Assembly (NCBI GenBank): GCA_963834875.1
Contig: CAWIDG010000025.1
Span: forward strand, 61,593-125,592
Direction of reading: 5' to 3'
Source of the DNA: Miltoncostaeaceae bacterium
GTDB lineage: Bacteria; Actinomycetota; Thermoleophilia; Miltoncostaeales; Miltoncostaeaceae
Length of the DNA: 64,000 bases
Both the position numbers and the translations under genes were made by a program. Within the stretch, counting starts at the first letter, position 1; each line of letters opens with the position of its first letter. This document shows, one piece after another, positions 42,064-51,538 of the stretch. The notes beneath the pieces were generated by a model. The model had not been told where the DNA came from and ran no database searches. It worked only from the letters and a program-made list of their open reading frames with translations.

Positions 42064-43229
42064 CCCCCGCCGCCGCGACGCCCGGGCCCATCGCCCCGCA
42101 CGGGGGCGCGCTCGTCGAGCGCTTCGACGACTCGCTGGACGAGGGGGGCGGGCGGCCCCGGGTCACCCTCACCGCCCGCCAGCAGGCCGATCTCGACCTC
42201 ATCGCCGCGGGCGCCCTCTCGCCGCTCGACGGCTTCATGGGCCGCGAGGCCTACGAGGCCGTGGTCGAGGACATGCGCCTGCCGAGCGGGCTCGCGTGGT
42301 CCGTGCCGGTGACGCTGGGGGTCGCACCCGACGAGCTGGAGGGCGCCGGCACCGCTGACGAGGTGGAGCTCGTGGACGAGGGCGGGCGCTTCCTCGGCGT
42401 CATGGAGGTCACCGACCGCTACGAGACCGACCCCGCCCGCGAGGCGCGCCTGGTCTTCGGCACGGAGGACGCCGCGCACCCCGGGGTCGCCTCGCTCTAC
42501 GCCCACGGGACGACGGCCCTCGCGGGCCCGGTGCGGGTGGCGGCCCGGATGCCGCTCGACCCGGCCGCCGTGCCGTTCCTGCTCGACCCGCGGCGCTCGC
42601 GGGAGGAGTTCGACGCACGCGGCTGGCGGAGCGTGGTCGGCTTCCAGACGCGCAACCCGATCCACCGGGCGCACGAGTACCTCACCAAGGTCGCGCTCGA
42701 GACGGTCGACGGCCTCTTCATCCACCCGCTGGTCGGCGAGACCAAGAGCGACGACATCCCCGCCGACGTGCGGATGCGCTGCTACGAGGTGCTGATCGAG
42801 GGCTACTACCCGCAGGAGCGGGTGGTGCTGGGCGTCCTGCCGGCGGCCATGCGCTACGCGGGGCCCCGCGAGGCCGTGCTGCACGCGATCATGCGCCAGA
42901 ACTACGGCTGCACCCACTTCATCGTGGGCCGCGACCACGCGGGCGTGGGCGACTACTACGGCACCTACGACGCCCACCGCGTCTTCGACGACATCAGCGC
43001 GGACGAGCTGGCGATCCAGCCGCTCTTCTTCGAGCACTCCTTCTGGTGCAACCTGACCGGCGGGATGGCGACGACGAAGACCTCCCCCGCGGCGCCCGAG
43101 GACCGCGTCTTCCTCTCGGGCACGAAGGTCCGCGAGATGCTCGGCCGCGGCGAGATCCCGCCGGTGGAGTTCACCCGCCCCGAGGTCGCGAAGGTGCTCA
43201 TCGAGGCGTACTCGGGGACGCCCGCCTAG
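42060..43229 (+). CDS. sat: sulfate adenylyltransferase (ATP sulfurylase), no APS-kinase domain
   Basis: FQTRNPIHRAHEYL, HPLVGETKSDDIP and GCTHFIVGRDHAGVGDYYGTYDAH are present. The TTG start overlaps the comA stop (TTGA). Confidence 0.9.
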   Translation: MTPAAATPGPIAPHGGALVERFDDSLDEGGGRPRVTLTARQQADLDLIAAGALSPLDGFMGREAYEAVVEDMRLPSGLAWSVPVTLGVAPDELEGAGTADEVELVDEGGRFLGVMEVTDRYETDPAREARLVFGTEDAAHPGVASLYAHGTTALAGPVRVAARMPLDPAAVPFLLDPRRSREEFDARGWRSVVGFQTRNPIHRAHEYLTKVALETVDGLFIHPLVGETKSDDIPADVRMRCYEVLIEGYYPQERVVLGVLPAAMRYAGPREAVLHAIMRQNYGCTHFIVGRDHAGVGDYYGTYDAHRVFDDISADELAIQPLFFEHSFWCNLTGGMATTKTSPAAPEDRVFLSGTKVREMLGRGEIPPVEFTRPEVAKVLIEAYSGTPA

Positions 43230-43236
43230 TCAACGA

Positions 43237-43259
43237 TCGACCCCGCGCTCAGGGGTCGA
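43237..43259. terminator. stem-loop between convergent sat and P460-like genes
   Basis: TCGACCCC-gcgctca-GGGGTCGA forms an 8-bp GC-rich stem. The loop contains the minus-strand stop codon, and there is no U-tract. Confidence 0.35.
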
Positions 43260-43875
43260 GCGGCGTGAAGACCCAGTCGGTGTCCTCGGCGATCTGGTGG
43301 CAGCCCCAGCAGGTCGCGCCGGTCAGCGAGGCGTCCGTCGCGAAGGCGGCGTCCGGGCTGGAGCGCTTGTACTCCACGAACTCCCAGTCGCCGTGGGCGG
43401 GGTCGACCCCCTGGATCTTGCGCATGATCGCGGCGAGCGTGATGGCGCCGTCGGTGCGGGCCGCCTTCACCAGGATCGTGCCCACCGGGAACTCGCCGCC
43501 GCGGGTCAGCCGCGCACGCGGGACGCTCACGTAGACGTCCTTGGTGCCGCGGTGGGCGTCGAAGCCGACCCGCCGGGTCTGCGGCGAGTCGGGCGGGATC
43601 GGCTCGGCGTTGAGGCGGTCCCAGCGCTGGAAGCCCGCCGTGAACGCCGGCAGCCCGGCGAGCGCCTTGGGTCTGGGCTTCGGCTTCGGCGCGGGGGCGG
43701 GCGCCGGCGCCGTGGTCGCGGGCGGGGCGGTCGCCGCGGGCGGGGCCGTCGTCGCGTCGCCGGCGCCGGCGGAGCCCGCGTCGTCGCCCCCGCAGGCCGC
43801 CAGGCCGAGCCCGAGCCCGGTGGCGAGCAGCAGCGCGGCGGCGCGGCGGCGCGGGTCCACGGCCCCCATCCTCAC
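43249..43875 (-). CDS. lipoprotein with a cytochrome P460-like c-heme domain
   Basis: The lipobox is LGLGLAAC, followed by a Pro/Ala/Thr linker. GDWEFVEYK...ATCWGCHQIAEDTDWVFT carries a CxxCH heme motif in the P460-family context. Confidence 0.7.
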   Translation of the reverse strand: MRMGAVDPRRRAAALLLATGLGLGLAACGGDDAGSAGAGDATTAPPAATAPPATTAPAPAPAPKPKPRPKALAGLPAFTAGFQRWDRLNAEPIPPDSPQTRRVGFDAHRGTKDVYVSVPRARLTRGGEFPVGTILVKAARTDGAITLAAIMRKIQGVDPAHGDWEFVEYKRSSPDAAFATDASLTGATCWGCHQIAEDTDWVFTPLDP

Positions 43876-43932
43876 CTCGGGTGCCGCGCGCCGCCACCAC
43901 GTTTCATGGACCTGTAAGGAAACCGGGCTCGA

Positions 43933-45957
43933 TTGAGCCCCCCGGCGGGCGCGGGCATGATGGGCGCGGCCGTGGCCCGTCCCCGCCCCGTCATCGCGCT
44001 CGCCACCGTGGCTCTCGCCGCCGGCTCCGTCGCCCCCGCGGCCGCCGCTCCCGCGACCGGCGACCGGCCCGCGGGCAGCGTCTCAACCTGGGCCCACGAG
44101 CTGAACCAGAACGAGCTCCCGCGGTGGAACCCGAGTACGGCGCCGGTGATCCCGGCGCGCCGCTGGTACGGGATCGTCAACGGCATCCTGAGCGAGTCGG
44201 GCGCGAACGGCCTCTGGTTCAGCGGCCCGAGCGCCCTGCCCTTCCCGCCGCTGCCCTTGAGCCCGAAGGAGCCGGTCGGCTGGCGCACCCCGGCGCGGTT
44301 CTCGGCCCAGTTCCGGCGCACGGGCCTGCGGTGGGACGTGGCGGTCGAGGTGTGGGCCGCCCGCAGGGCGCTCCAGCGGAAGACCGCGACGGTCTCCGAC
44401 CCGACCGCCGACCCCACCGCCTACACGCGCAGGCTGTCGCTGCTCGACCCCGGCTACCGGCGCGAGGCGCTGCGCGAGATCCGCAGGATCGTCCCACGCC
44501 TGCGGAACGCGCCCTTCGTCAACTTCTACACCGGCAGCGACGAGCCGATCGCGCTGCTCCCTCGCGGCCGGGCGCGCTCGAGCGCCTTCGGCCGCCGCCT
44601 GGCGCGCGACTTCCGCCGCGCGACCGGCTTCTCGCTGCCGAACCCGGCCGCCCGCCCGAGCACCTCCGACCGCGAGCGGCTGCGCTGGCTCGCCTGGTCG
44701 CGCTTCTCGGGCGACCGGTTCTTCGGGATGAAGGAGGAGCAGGCGCGCCTCATCCGCCGGCTGGACCCGGACGCGGTCGTCAGCCCCAACGACTACGGCT
44801 TCATCGACGGCTTCATCCCCTGGGACTACTCCCGCCTGGGCAGCTTCGCCGACGTCGTGGAGGCCGATCCCTACGTGAGCTACGCGGAGCGCGACAGGGC
44901 CGGGCGGGGCCGCTACAACCCCGGCTTCGGCGCCAAGCTGCTGTCCGATCTGACGGGCAGGCGAACGCGGATCATCGTCCAGGGCTTCGACTACTCGCGC
45001 TACCAGCCGGTGCCCGGCGACCTGTGGACCTGGAGCGCGCAGGCGCTGCGCGCCGGCGCCACCGACATCAGCTTCTTCGCGTCGGACAACCCGCGCTTCA
45101 CCAACCGGCGCCTGCACCGGGCGATGCTCGACGTGGCACGCAACCTGCGCGGGACCCGCCTCCCCGCGCCCCCGGCCGACCCAGAGCAGATCGTCCTCTA
45201 CGCGACCGCCAGCGAGGGTCAGGGCCAACCCGACCGCGCGGGGAACCTGCGATACCGCACCGATGGGGACGCCATCTACACGACCTACTCGCTGCTCGGC
45301 GAGCTGGCCGGCGCCGCCTTCAGCTTCGACGCCGACACCCGCCTGGCCGCCCAGCCCGCCCGCCTCGCGGCCGCGCGGACGATCTGGCTCCCGCGCGCCG
45401 ACACCCTGGACGCCCCGCTCGCCGACCAGCTCGCGGCCTGGGTCCGGGGCGGCGGCACGCTGGTCGTCACCGACCCCGAGGCCTTCACCAGGACCTCGGG
45501 GGGCGCGCCGCTGACCGCGGTCCGCGACGCGCTGATCGGTGCCCCGCTCGGCCCGCCGCGCCCCGGCCGGATCCTGCAGGTGGACCAGGGCGCGCTCGGC
45601 GCCGGCCTGCCCGACGACCTCCTGAGCGTGCCGATCGACGCCGTCCAGGCCCGCGCATTCGCGGGCGTCCCGGCCGGCGGCTCGGTCGTCGCCCGCTTCA
45701 TCGACGGCGCCCCCGCAGCGATCGCCCGTCCGGTCGGCGCCGGGCGGGTGCTGGCCTTCGCGTCGGACCCGATGGTGCCATCGGTGCTGGACGAGCCGCT
45801 CGACCTGGCCAGGCTCGCCGCCGCGATCCACCGCTGGGCCGGCGGTGCGCTCGACCATCCCGCCTGGCGCTACCGCATCCCCGGGGACCCCCAGCCGACC
45901 CGCCTGCCGTGGTCGGACGCCGTCGAGCCCGAGGCGGCGCGGGCCGGCTTGCCCTAG
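43933..45957 (+). CDS. secreted hypothetical protein, GH42-like / glutamine-amidotransferase-like architecture (674 aa)
   Basis: A signal-like N-terminus (VIALATVALAAGSVAPAAAAP) is present and the gene is intact. The region TIWLPRADTLDAPLADQLAAWVRGGGTLVVTD resembles the trimerisation/GATase-like domain of GH42 enzymes. Catalytic residues were not verified. Confidence 0.5.
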   Translation: MSPPAGAGMMGAAVARPRPVIALATVALAAGSVAPAAAAPATGDRPAGSVSTWAHELNQNELPRWNPSTAPVIPARRWYGIVNGILSESGANGLWFSGPSALPFPPLPLSPKEPVGWRTPARFSAQFRRTGLRWDVAVEVWAARRALQRKTATVSDPTADPTAYTRRLSLLDPGYRREALREIRRIVPRLRNAPFVNFYTGSDEPIALLPRGRARSSAFGRRLARDFRRATGFSLPNPAARPSTSDRERLRWLAWSRFSGDRFFGMKEEQARLIRRLDPDAVVSPNDYGFIDGFIPWDYSRLGSFADVVEADPYVSYAERDRAGRGRYNPGFGAKLLSDLTGRRTRIIVQGFDYSRYQPVPGDLWTWSAQALRAGATDISFFASDNPRFTNRRLHRAMLDVARNLRGTRLPAPPADPEQIVLYATASEGQGQPDRAGNLRYRTDGDAIYTTYSLLGELAGAAFSFDADTRLAAQPARLAAARTIWLPRADTLDAPLADQLAAWVRGGGTLVVTDPEAFTRTSGGAPLTAVRDALIGAPLGPPRPGRILQVDQGALGAGLPDDLLSVPIDAVQARAFAGVPAGGSVVARFIDGAPAAIARPVGAGRVLAFASDPMVPSVLDEPLDLARLAAAIHRWAGGALDHPAWRYRIPGDPQPTRLPWSDAVEPEAARAGLP

Positions 45958-45993
45958 GGTTCCGCCGGCGCCGGGTCCCGACCGGGGGGAGCG

Positions 45994-47148
45994 ATGCACA
46001 ACAGGGGGCGTGTGGTGGCGGGACTCGTCGCCGTGGCGGCGGCGATCGCCCTCGTGGTCGGCACCGTCGCCTGCGGCGGCGGGGACGACGACGCGCCGGC
46101 GAGCGCCGTGGCCGCCGTGCAGGACGACCACCTGCCGATCGACGCGCTGGAGACCCTCGACGAGCGGCTGGACCTGGTGGCCGGCACCGGGGTGACCACG
46201 ACCCGCTACGACGTCTTCTGGTCCCAGGTCGCACCGGCGCGGCCGGCGAGCCCACGCGACCCCGCCGATCCCGCCTACGACTGGGAGCGCGCCGACCTGG
46301 TGCTGCGGGGCTTCGCCGAGCGCGACGTCACGCCGATCGTCTCCGTGTACAACGCGCCCACCTGGGCGACCGGCGGCCGGTACGAGCCGCCCGGCTACCA
46401 GATCAACACGGCGACGCCCGACCCGGACGACTTCGCCGACTTCATGGCCGCGCTGACGGCCCGCTACTCCGGTGAGTTCACCCCATCCGGGGGCGACCCG
46501 CTCCCCGAGGTGCGCCACTTCGAGCTCTGGAACGAGCCGAACCTGTCCGGGTTCCTCCGGCCACAGTTCGAGGGCGGCCAGCCGGTCTCCCTCGACCGCT
46601 ACGCCGCGATGGTGAAGGCGGCCCACCCGGCGATGAAGGCGGCCAACCCGGACGTGCAGGTGATCGCGGGCGTCGGCGGCCCGCGCGGCAGCACCGGCGA
46701 GACCGGGATCGGCGCGATCGACTGGCTCCAGGGCCTGGTGCAGCGCGGCATCCCGCTGGACGGCTACTCGCAGCACATCTACCCGTCGGCCGGCCCGGAG
46801 GTGCCCACCGACGCCATCCCGAGCTGGAGCAGCATCGGCCGCTTCCTCGAGGAGATCGACGGCTTCCGCCCCGGGCTGCCCTTCTACATCACGGAGGCCG
46901 GCTACACGACCGCGCCGACGCCCTACCGGGACGTCGCCGTCACCGAGGAGGAGCAGGCCGAGTACCTGACCCAGATCTACTCGCTGCCCCAGCTGCGCAC
47001 CGAGCAGGTCAAGACGGTCGTCTGGTTCAACCTGGAGGACAACGTCAACTGGCCTGCGGGCCTCTACCGCGAGGGCCTGGACCCCAAGCCCAGCCTCCAG
47101 CGGTTCCTCGACGTCGTGCAGGGGCAGGGGGGCGCCCGCCTCGGCTGA
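45994..47148 (+). CDS. lipoprotein glycoside hydrolase, clan GH-A (GH5/GH39-like TIM barrel)
   Basis: The lipobox is [17 protein letters not shown] carries the acid/base Glu and [10 protein letters not shown] the nucleophile Glu. Confidence 0.75.
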   Translation: MHNRGRVVAGLVAVAAAIALVVGTVACGGGDDDAPASAVAAVQDDHLPIDALETLDERLDLVAGTGVTTTRYDVFWSQVAPARPASPRDPADPAYDWERADLVLRGFAERDVTPIVSVYNAPTWATGGRYEPPGYQINTATPDPDDFADFMAALTARYSGEFTPSGGDPLPEVRHFELWNEPNLSGFLRPQFEGGQPVSLDRYAAMVKAAHPAMKAANPDVQVIAGVGGPRGSTGETGIGAIDWLQGLVQRGIPLDGYSQHIYPSAGPEVPTDAIPSWSSIGRFLEEIDGFRPGLPFYITEAGYTTAPTPYRDVAVTEEEQAEYLTQIYSLPQLRTEQVKTVVWFNLEDNVNWPAGLYREGLDPKPSLQRFLDVVQGQGGARLG

Positions 47149-47172
47149 CCGGCCGCGGCCTCGGACGTGCGC

Positions 47173-48541
47173 TCAGGGCGCCCGGCCGGCCGCCGGGCGA
47201 TGTCGTCGCGACACGGCCACGAGCGCCGTCAGGCCGGCGGCCGCCGCCACGACGGAGCCACCGAGGATCCCGATCTTCGCGGCCTCGAGGTTCACGGGGT
47301 CCGAGTAGGCGAGGCCGGCGACGAAGAGCGACACGGTGAACCCGATCCCGGCCAGGGCGCCGACGCCCACCACGTGGGCCCAGCGGACCCCGGCCGGCAG
47401 GGCGCCGATTCCCAGCCGCACCGCGATCGCGACGCCCGCCGTGAGCCCGATCGTCTTCCCGAGCACCAGCCCCAGGGCCGCGGCGAGCGCGATGCGCGTC
47501 TCGGTGGCGGCCTCGAGCGACTCGGAGTCCAGCACGATGCCGGCGTTGGCGAGGGCGAAGATCGGCAGGACGACGAAGCTCGACCACTCGTGCAGGTTGT
47601 TCTCCACCCGCGTCAGGGGGGAGACGGCCTCCCGCGACAGCCACGCCAGGCGGCTCCAGTGCTCGGCGTCCGCGTCGGGGTCGTCGGGCTCGTCGGCCGT
47701 CTCGCGGGCGATCCGCATCGCCTCGGCGCTCACGGCGGCGGGGTCCTGGAACGGCCGCACGGGCGTCAGCAGCCCGATCGCGACCCCCGCGATGGTGGGA
47801 TGGACCCCGGACTCGAGCATGCAGAGCCACACGGCCACCCCCAGGACCACGTAGGGGAACAGGTGGCGCACCTGCATGCGCTGGAGCGCCGCGATGGCGA
47901 CCAGGCCGCAGAGCCCGGCCGCGAGCCACCCGAACGCGAGGCTCTCCGTGTAGTAGATCGCGATGACGAGGATGGCCCCGATGTCGTCGATCACCGCGAC
48001 GCCGAGCAGGAACGCGACCAGCCCGGTCGGCACCCGGCGGCCGAGCGCCGCGAGCGCGCCGAGGGCGAAGGCGACGTCGGTGGCCATCGGGATCCCCCAC
48101 CCGCGGGCCCCCTCTCCGCCGCCGATCACGGCCAGGAAGACGAGCGCCGGGACCACCATGCCGCCGACGGCCGCGACGAGCGGCAGCAGGGCGGCCTTCG
48201 CGGTCGAACAGCTCCCCCACGACGAGCTCGCGCTTGACCTCCAGGCCGATGACCAGGAAGAACAGCGCCATGAGGCCGTCGTTGACCACGTCGCGGAGGG
48301 TCTCCTCGATCTGGAAGTCGCCGATCGTCACCGACACCTCGGTGGTCCAGAAGTCCTCGTAGGCGCCGCCCGCGACGTTCGCCCACACGAGGGCCGCCAG
48401 CGTGGCCGCGAGCAGCACCAGCGCGCCGGAGGCCTCCAGGCGGAAGAACTGCTGCAGCGGCTGCACGACGAGTCGCGGGACCGGCCGCTCGGTGCGCGAC
48501 CACGGCCGCCGTGGCCGTTGAGGGGGCGCGTCGCTCGTCAC
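47173..48541 (-). CDS. nhaA: Na+/H+ antiporter NhaA, apparent frameshift near 48195
   Basis: LVWANV...[24 protein letters not shown] lies in ORF 47045..48541. [22 protein letters not shown]...[15 protein letters not shown]...[14 protein letters not shown] follows in ORF 47173..48159. Confidence 0.9.
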
Positions 48542-48608
48542 CGGGCCATCCCGGCGTGCACGCTACCTGGCGCGCCGCGCGGGCGCGCCCGCTCACCCGC
48601 CGCGCCTC

Positions 48609-48980
48609 CTACGAGGGGCGAACCCCGGCGCCGCCGGCGATCGCGAGGGACAGCCTCTCCCCGCCGTCGGCGCTGTCGACGCTCCACCGGTTGACCAGCC
48701 GCTCGACGATCGCGCCGACGCCGGGGACGGCCGTGCCCTCGACCACGCGGGTGGCGGCACCTGCCGGCAGCGGGCCCAGCCGCACGGTCACCGAGCCCGG
48801 CTCGCTGACGAACTCGACGCGCAGGGGCTCGTCGGCCAGCTCGCGGCTCGCGGCGACGGCGAGGGCCGCGCTGGCGATCTGGGCGTCCGAGACGCGGTCG
48901 ATCGGCAGGTTGACGCGGGCGGCGAGGGCCGCGACGACGCGCTCGAGCACCGGTCCGGCGAGCTCGGGCCGGCGAACCAC
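48609..48980 (-). CDS. hypothetical protein downstream of the anti-sigma kinase
   Basis: The composition is balanced and the gene sits within the sigma operon. I recognise no family. Confidence 0.45.
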   Translation of the reverse strand: MVRRPELAGPVLERVVAALAARVNLPIDRVSDAQIASAALAVAASRELADEPLRVEFVSEPGSVTVRLGPLPAGAATRVVEGTAVPGVGAIVERLVNRWSVDSADGGERLSLAIAGGAGVRPS

Positions 48981-49007
48981 GAGGCGTGCGCTCGGGCTGC
49001 TCCTCCA

Positions 49008-49454
49008 TCAACGGCTCGGCGCGTCGGGCGAGAAGCTCATCCTGACCTCGGTGGCTCCCTCGCTGTCGCTGGTGAAGGCCACCTCGTCGCTGATGGCGAG
49101 CATCAGCGGGAGGCCGAGGCCGAGCCCGGCCGCACGGGAATCGAGGCGCGGGGCGATCCCCTGCCCGTGGTCGCGCACGGCGACGACCAGGCGCTCCGGC
49201 TCGACCCATGCCCTGACCGCGTACTCCCCGCCGCCGTCAGGGTAGGCGTGCACGACGGCGTTGGTGCAGGCCTCGGTGACCGCGATGGAGATGTCGTTGC
49301 GGCTCGTGTCGTCCCAGCCGAGGACGTCGATCAGCCCGCGCACCATCTGGCGCGCGACGACGACGCTTTCCGCCTCGGCGGGCAGGACCAGCTCGACGTG
49401 AGCATCCGGTCCGGTCACAGCCCGGCCTCCCGGCGGCGAGAGCCTCGCGTGCAT
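49008..49454 (-). CDS. anti-sigma factor serine kinase (RsbW/SpoIIAB-like, HATPase_c_2)
   Basis: ISIAVTEACTNAVVHAY...VAVRDHGQGI...GLGLGLPLMLAISDEV. Confidence 0.85.
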   Translation of the reverse strand: MHARLSPPGGRAVTGPDAHVELVLPAEAESVVVARQMVRGLIDVLGWDDTSRNDISIAVTEACTNAVVHAYPDGGGEYAVRAWVEPERLVVAVRDHGQGIAPRLDSRAAGLGLGLPLMLAISDEVAFTSDSEGATEVRMSFSPDAPSR

Positions 49455-49551
49455 CGCCTGCCCGTCTCCCTTCGCCCGACGGCGCGTGCCTTCGCCATGG
49501 CCCTGCCCATCCTCGCACAGGCCGAAACCCGGGGAGCCGGTGCGCCGGCCG

Positions 49552-50274
49552 TCATGCCCGGCCCGCGGATGGGGGGCCCTCCGCGCTCTCGCGCAGCCGC
49601 TCGAGCGCCCGCCGGATCAGGCGCGAGACGTGCATCTGGGAGACGCCGACCTGCTCGGCGATCTGGGACTGCGTCAGCCCCTGCTCGAACCGGAGGTGCA
49701 GGATGACCCGCTCGCGCGCGGGCAGCTCCGACAGCCCGGAGTGCAGCGTCGCGCGCGCCTCGGCCTGCTCGAAGCCCGGGTCCTCGAGGCCCACGGCGAT
49801 GCCCTCGTCCTCGTCGCCCTCCCGTCCCGGCGAGGCGAGCGGAGCGGGCCGCTGGGCGCTGCCGGCGGCGAGCGCGTCCAGGACGTCGTCGATGGAGAGG
49901 TCGGCCGCCTCGGCGATCTCCCTCACCGACGGGCTGCGCCCCTCCTGCGCCGCGACGTCGTCGACGGCCTGCGCGATGCGCGCCCGCGCCTCCTGGATGC
50001 CGCGGGGCACGCGCACCGTCCAGGAACGGTCGCGGAAGTGGCGGCGGATCTCGCCCAGGATCGTCGGCGTGGCGAAGCTCGCGAGCTTGTAGCCGCGCGC
50101 CGGGTCGAAGCGGTCGATGGCCTTGATCAGCCCGATCGTCCCCACCTGCACGAGGTCGTCGAGCGGCTCACCCCGCTCGGCGTACCGGCGCGCGAGCCCG
50201 CGCACGAGCGGGAGGTGCTCCATGATGAGCCGCTCGCGTTCGGCGTCGCTGAGCGGCTGGCTGCGTGCCGCCAT
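49552..50274 (-). CDS. SigB/SigF-type group 3 sigma-70 factor
   Basis: EPLDDLVQVGTIGLIKAIDRFDP is region 2. RSWTVRVPRGIQE is present. ERVILHLRFEQGLTQSQIAEQVGVSQMHVSRLIRRALERLR is region 4. Confidence 0.9.
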   Translation of the reverse strand: MAARSQPLSDAERERLIMEHLPLVRGLARRYAERGEPLDDLVQVGTIGLIKAIDRFDPARGYKLASFATPTILGEIRRHFRDRSWTVRVPRGIQEARARIAQAVDDVAAQEGRSPSVREIAEAADLSIDDVLDALAAGSAQRPAPLASPGREGDEDEGIAVGLEDPGFEQAEARATLHSGLSELPARERVILHLRFEQGLTQSQIAEQVGVSQMHVSRLIRRALERLRESAEGPPSAGRA

Positions 50275-50369
50275 TCCGTCGCCACCCCCGGCCGACGCGT
50301 GACGAGACGTCGGCCCGGAGTGTGCCCGATCGCCCGGGGCGGGAAACGCCCCTTGCTAGTCTGGCGCGC

Positions 50370-50696
50370 ATGTCGGACCCCGCCCCGGGCACCTTTCGCG
50401 CGCGCGCCGAGCAGCGCCCCGAGGGGGTGGTGGTCGTCGCCGACGGGGAGCTCGACCTGGTCGGCGCGCCCGCGCTCGCCGCCGCCCTCCCCGAGCAGGG
50501 CGACACGCCGGTGATCATCGACCTGGCCGGCGTCGGCTTCATGGACTCGTCGGGGCTACGGGCCCTGCTCGAGGCGCGGCAGGCGTGCCTGGAGGCCGGG
50601 CGTCCGTTCGCCATCGCGCGCCCGTCGGACGCCGTCCGCCGCGTGCTCGAGCTGGTCGACCTCGCGCGCGAGTTCGAGGTCGTCGAGACGCTCTAG
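50370..50696 (+). CDS. STAS-domain anti-sigma-factor antagonist
   Basis: VVVVADGELDLVGAPALAAAL...VIIDLAGVGFMDSSGLRALLEA carries the phosphorylatable Ser context DSSG. Confidence 0.85.
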   Translation: MSDPAPGTFRARAEQRPEGVVVVADGELDLVGAPALAAALPEQGDTPVIIDLAGVGFMDSSGLRALLEARQACLEAGRPFAIARPSDAVRRVLELVDLAREFEVVETL

Positions 50697-51538
50697 GAGA
50701 TCGTCCCCGCCGCCGTCAGGGCGATCACGATCGCGCCGAGCACGAGCCGGTAGACCACGAACACCATCATGGAGTGGGTGGTCAGGAAGCGGAGCAGGAA
50801 GGCGATCGACAGGTAGCCGAAGATGAACGCGAAGACCGTCGCGATGGCCAGTGCGCCGAGGCTGACGTCGTCATCGCCGGTGAAGATCTCCAGCAGCCCG
50901 TAGAGCCCGCTGAGGACGATCGCCGGCACCGACAGCAGGAACGAGAAGCGGGCGGCGGCCTCGCGCTTCAGGCCCAGGAAGAGGCCGGCCGTGATCGTCG
51001 CCCCCGAGCGCGAGGTGCCGGGGACGAGCGCGAGCGCCTGGGCGAGGCCGACCCAGAGCGCGTCGCGCATGCCCACGTCGTCGACGTCGCGGACTCGCTT
51101 CGAGGTCACGTCCGCGGCCAGCAGGACCAGGCCGAGGACGATCAGCATGACGCCGATGAGGTAGAGGTTGCGCGCCCCGCTCTCGATCTGGTCCCGGAAG
51201 GCGACGCCGAAGATCACGATCGGGATCGTCGCCACGATCACGTACCACCCCATGCGGGCGTCCAGCTCGTCCCGCAGCTCGGGCCGGCGCAGGCTGAGGA
51301 ACCAGGTCCGGACGATGCGCAGGAGGTCGCGCCAGAAGTAGATGACGACCGCCAGCATCGTTCCGAGCTGGACCACCGCCGTGAAGAAGGCCCCGGGGTC
51401 CTCCCAGCCGGCGAAGGCGGGGACGATGCGCAGGTGGGCGGTGCTCGAGATCGGCAGGAACTCGGTGAGCCCCTGGGCGATCCCGAGGACGATGGCCTCG
51501 AGCCAGGACACGACCGCGGAATCGTAGGCGTTTCGCAT
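50693..51538 (-). CDS. uppP: undecaprenyl-diphosphate phosphatase (BacA/UppP)
   Basis: WLEAIVLGIAQGLTEFLPISSTAHL...PGTSRSGATITAGLFLGL, with 7-8 TM helices. Confidence 0.92.
   Translation of the reverse strand: MRNAYDSAVVSWLEAIVLGIAQGLTEFLPISSTAHLRIVPAFAGWEDPGAFFTAVVQLGTMLAVVIYFWRDLLRIVRTWFLSLRRPELRDELDARMGWYVIVATIPIVIFGVAFRDQIESGARNLYLIGVMLIVLGLVLLAADVTSKRVRDVDDVGMRDALWVGLAQALALVPGTSRSGATITAGLFLGLKREAAARFSFLLSVPAIVLSGLYGLLEIFTGDDDVSLGALAIATVFAFIFGYLSIAFLLRFLTTHSMMVFVVYRLVLGAIVIALTAAGTIS

Noticed and set aside
43933-45957. Calling the 674-aa secreted protein a GH42 beta-galactosidase.
   Set aside because: Only the C-terminal GATase-like region resembles GH42 architecture. I could not identify the catalytic Glu pair by eye, so I left it as a GH42-like hypothetical.
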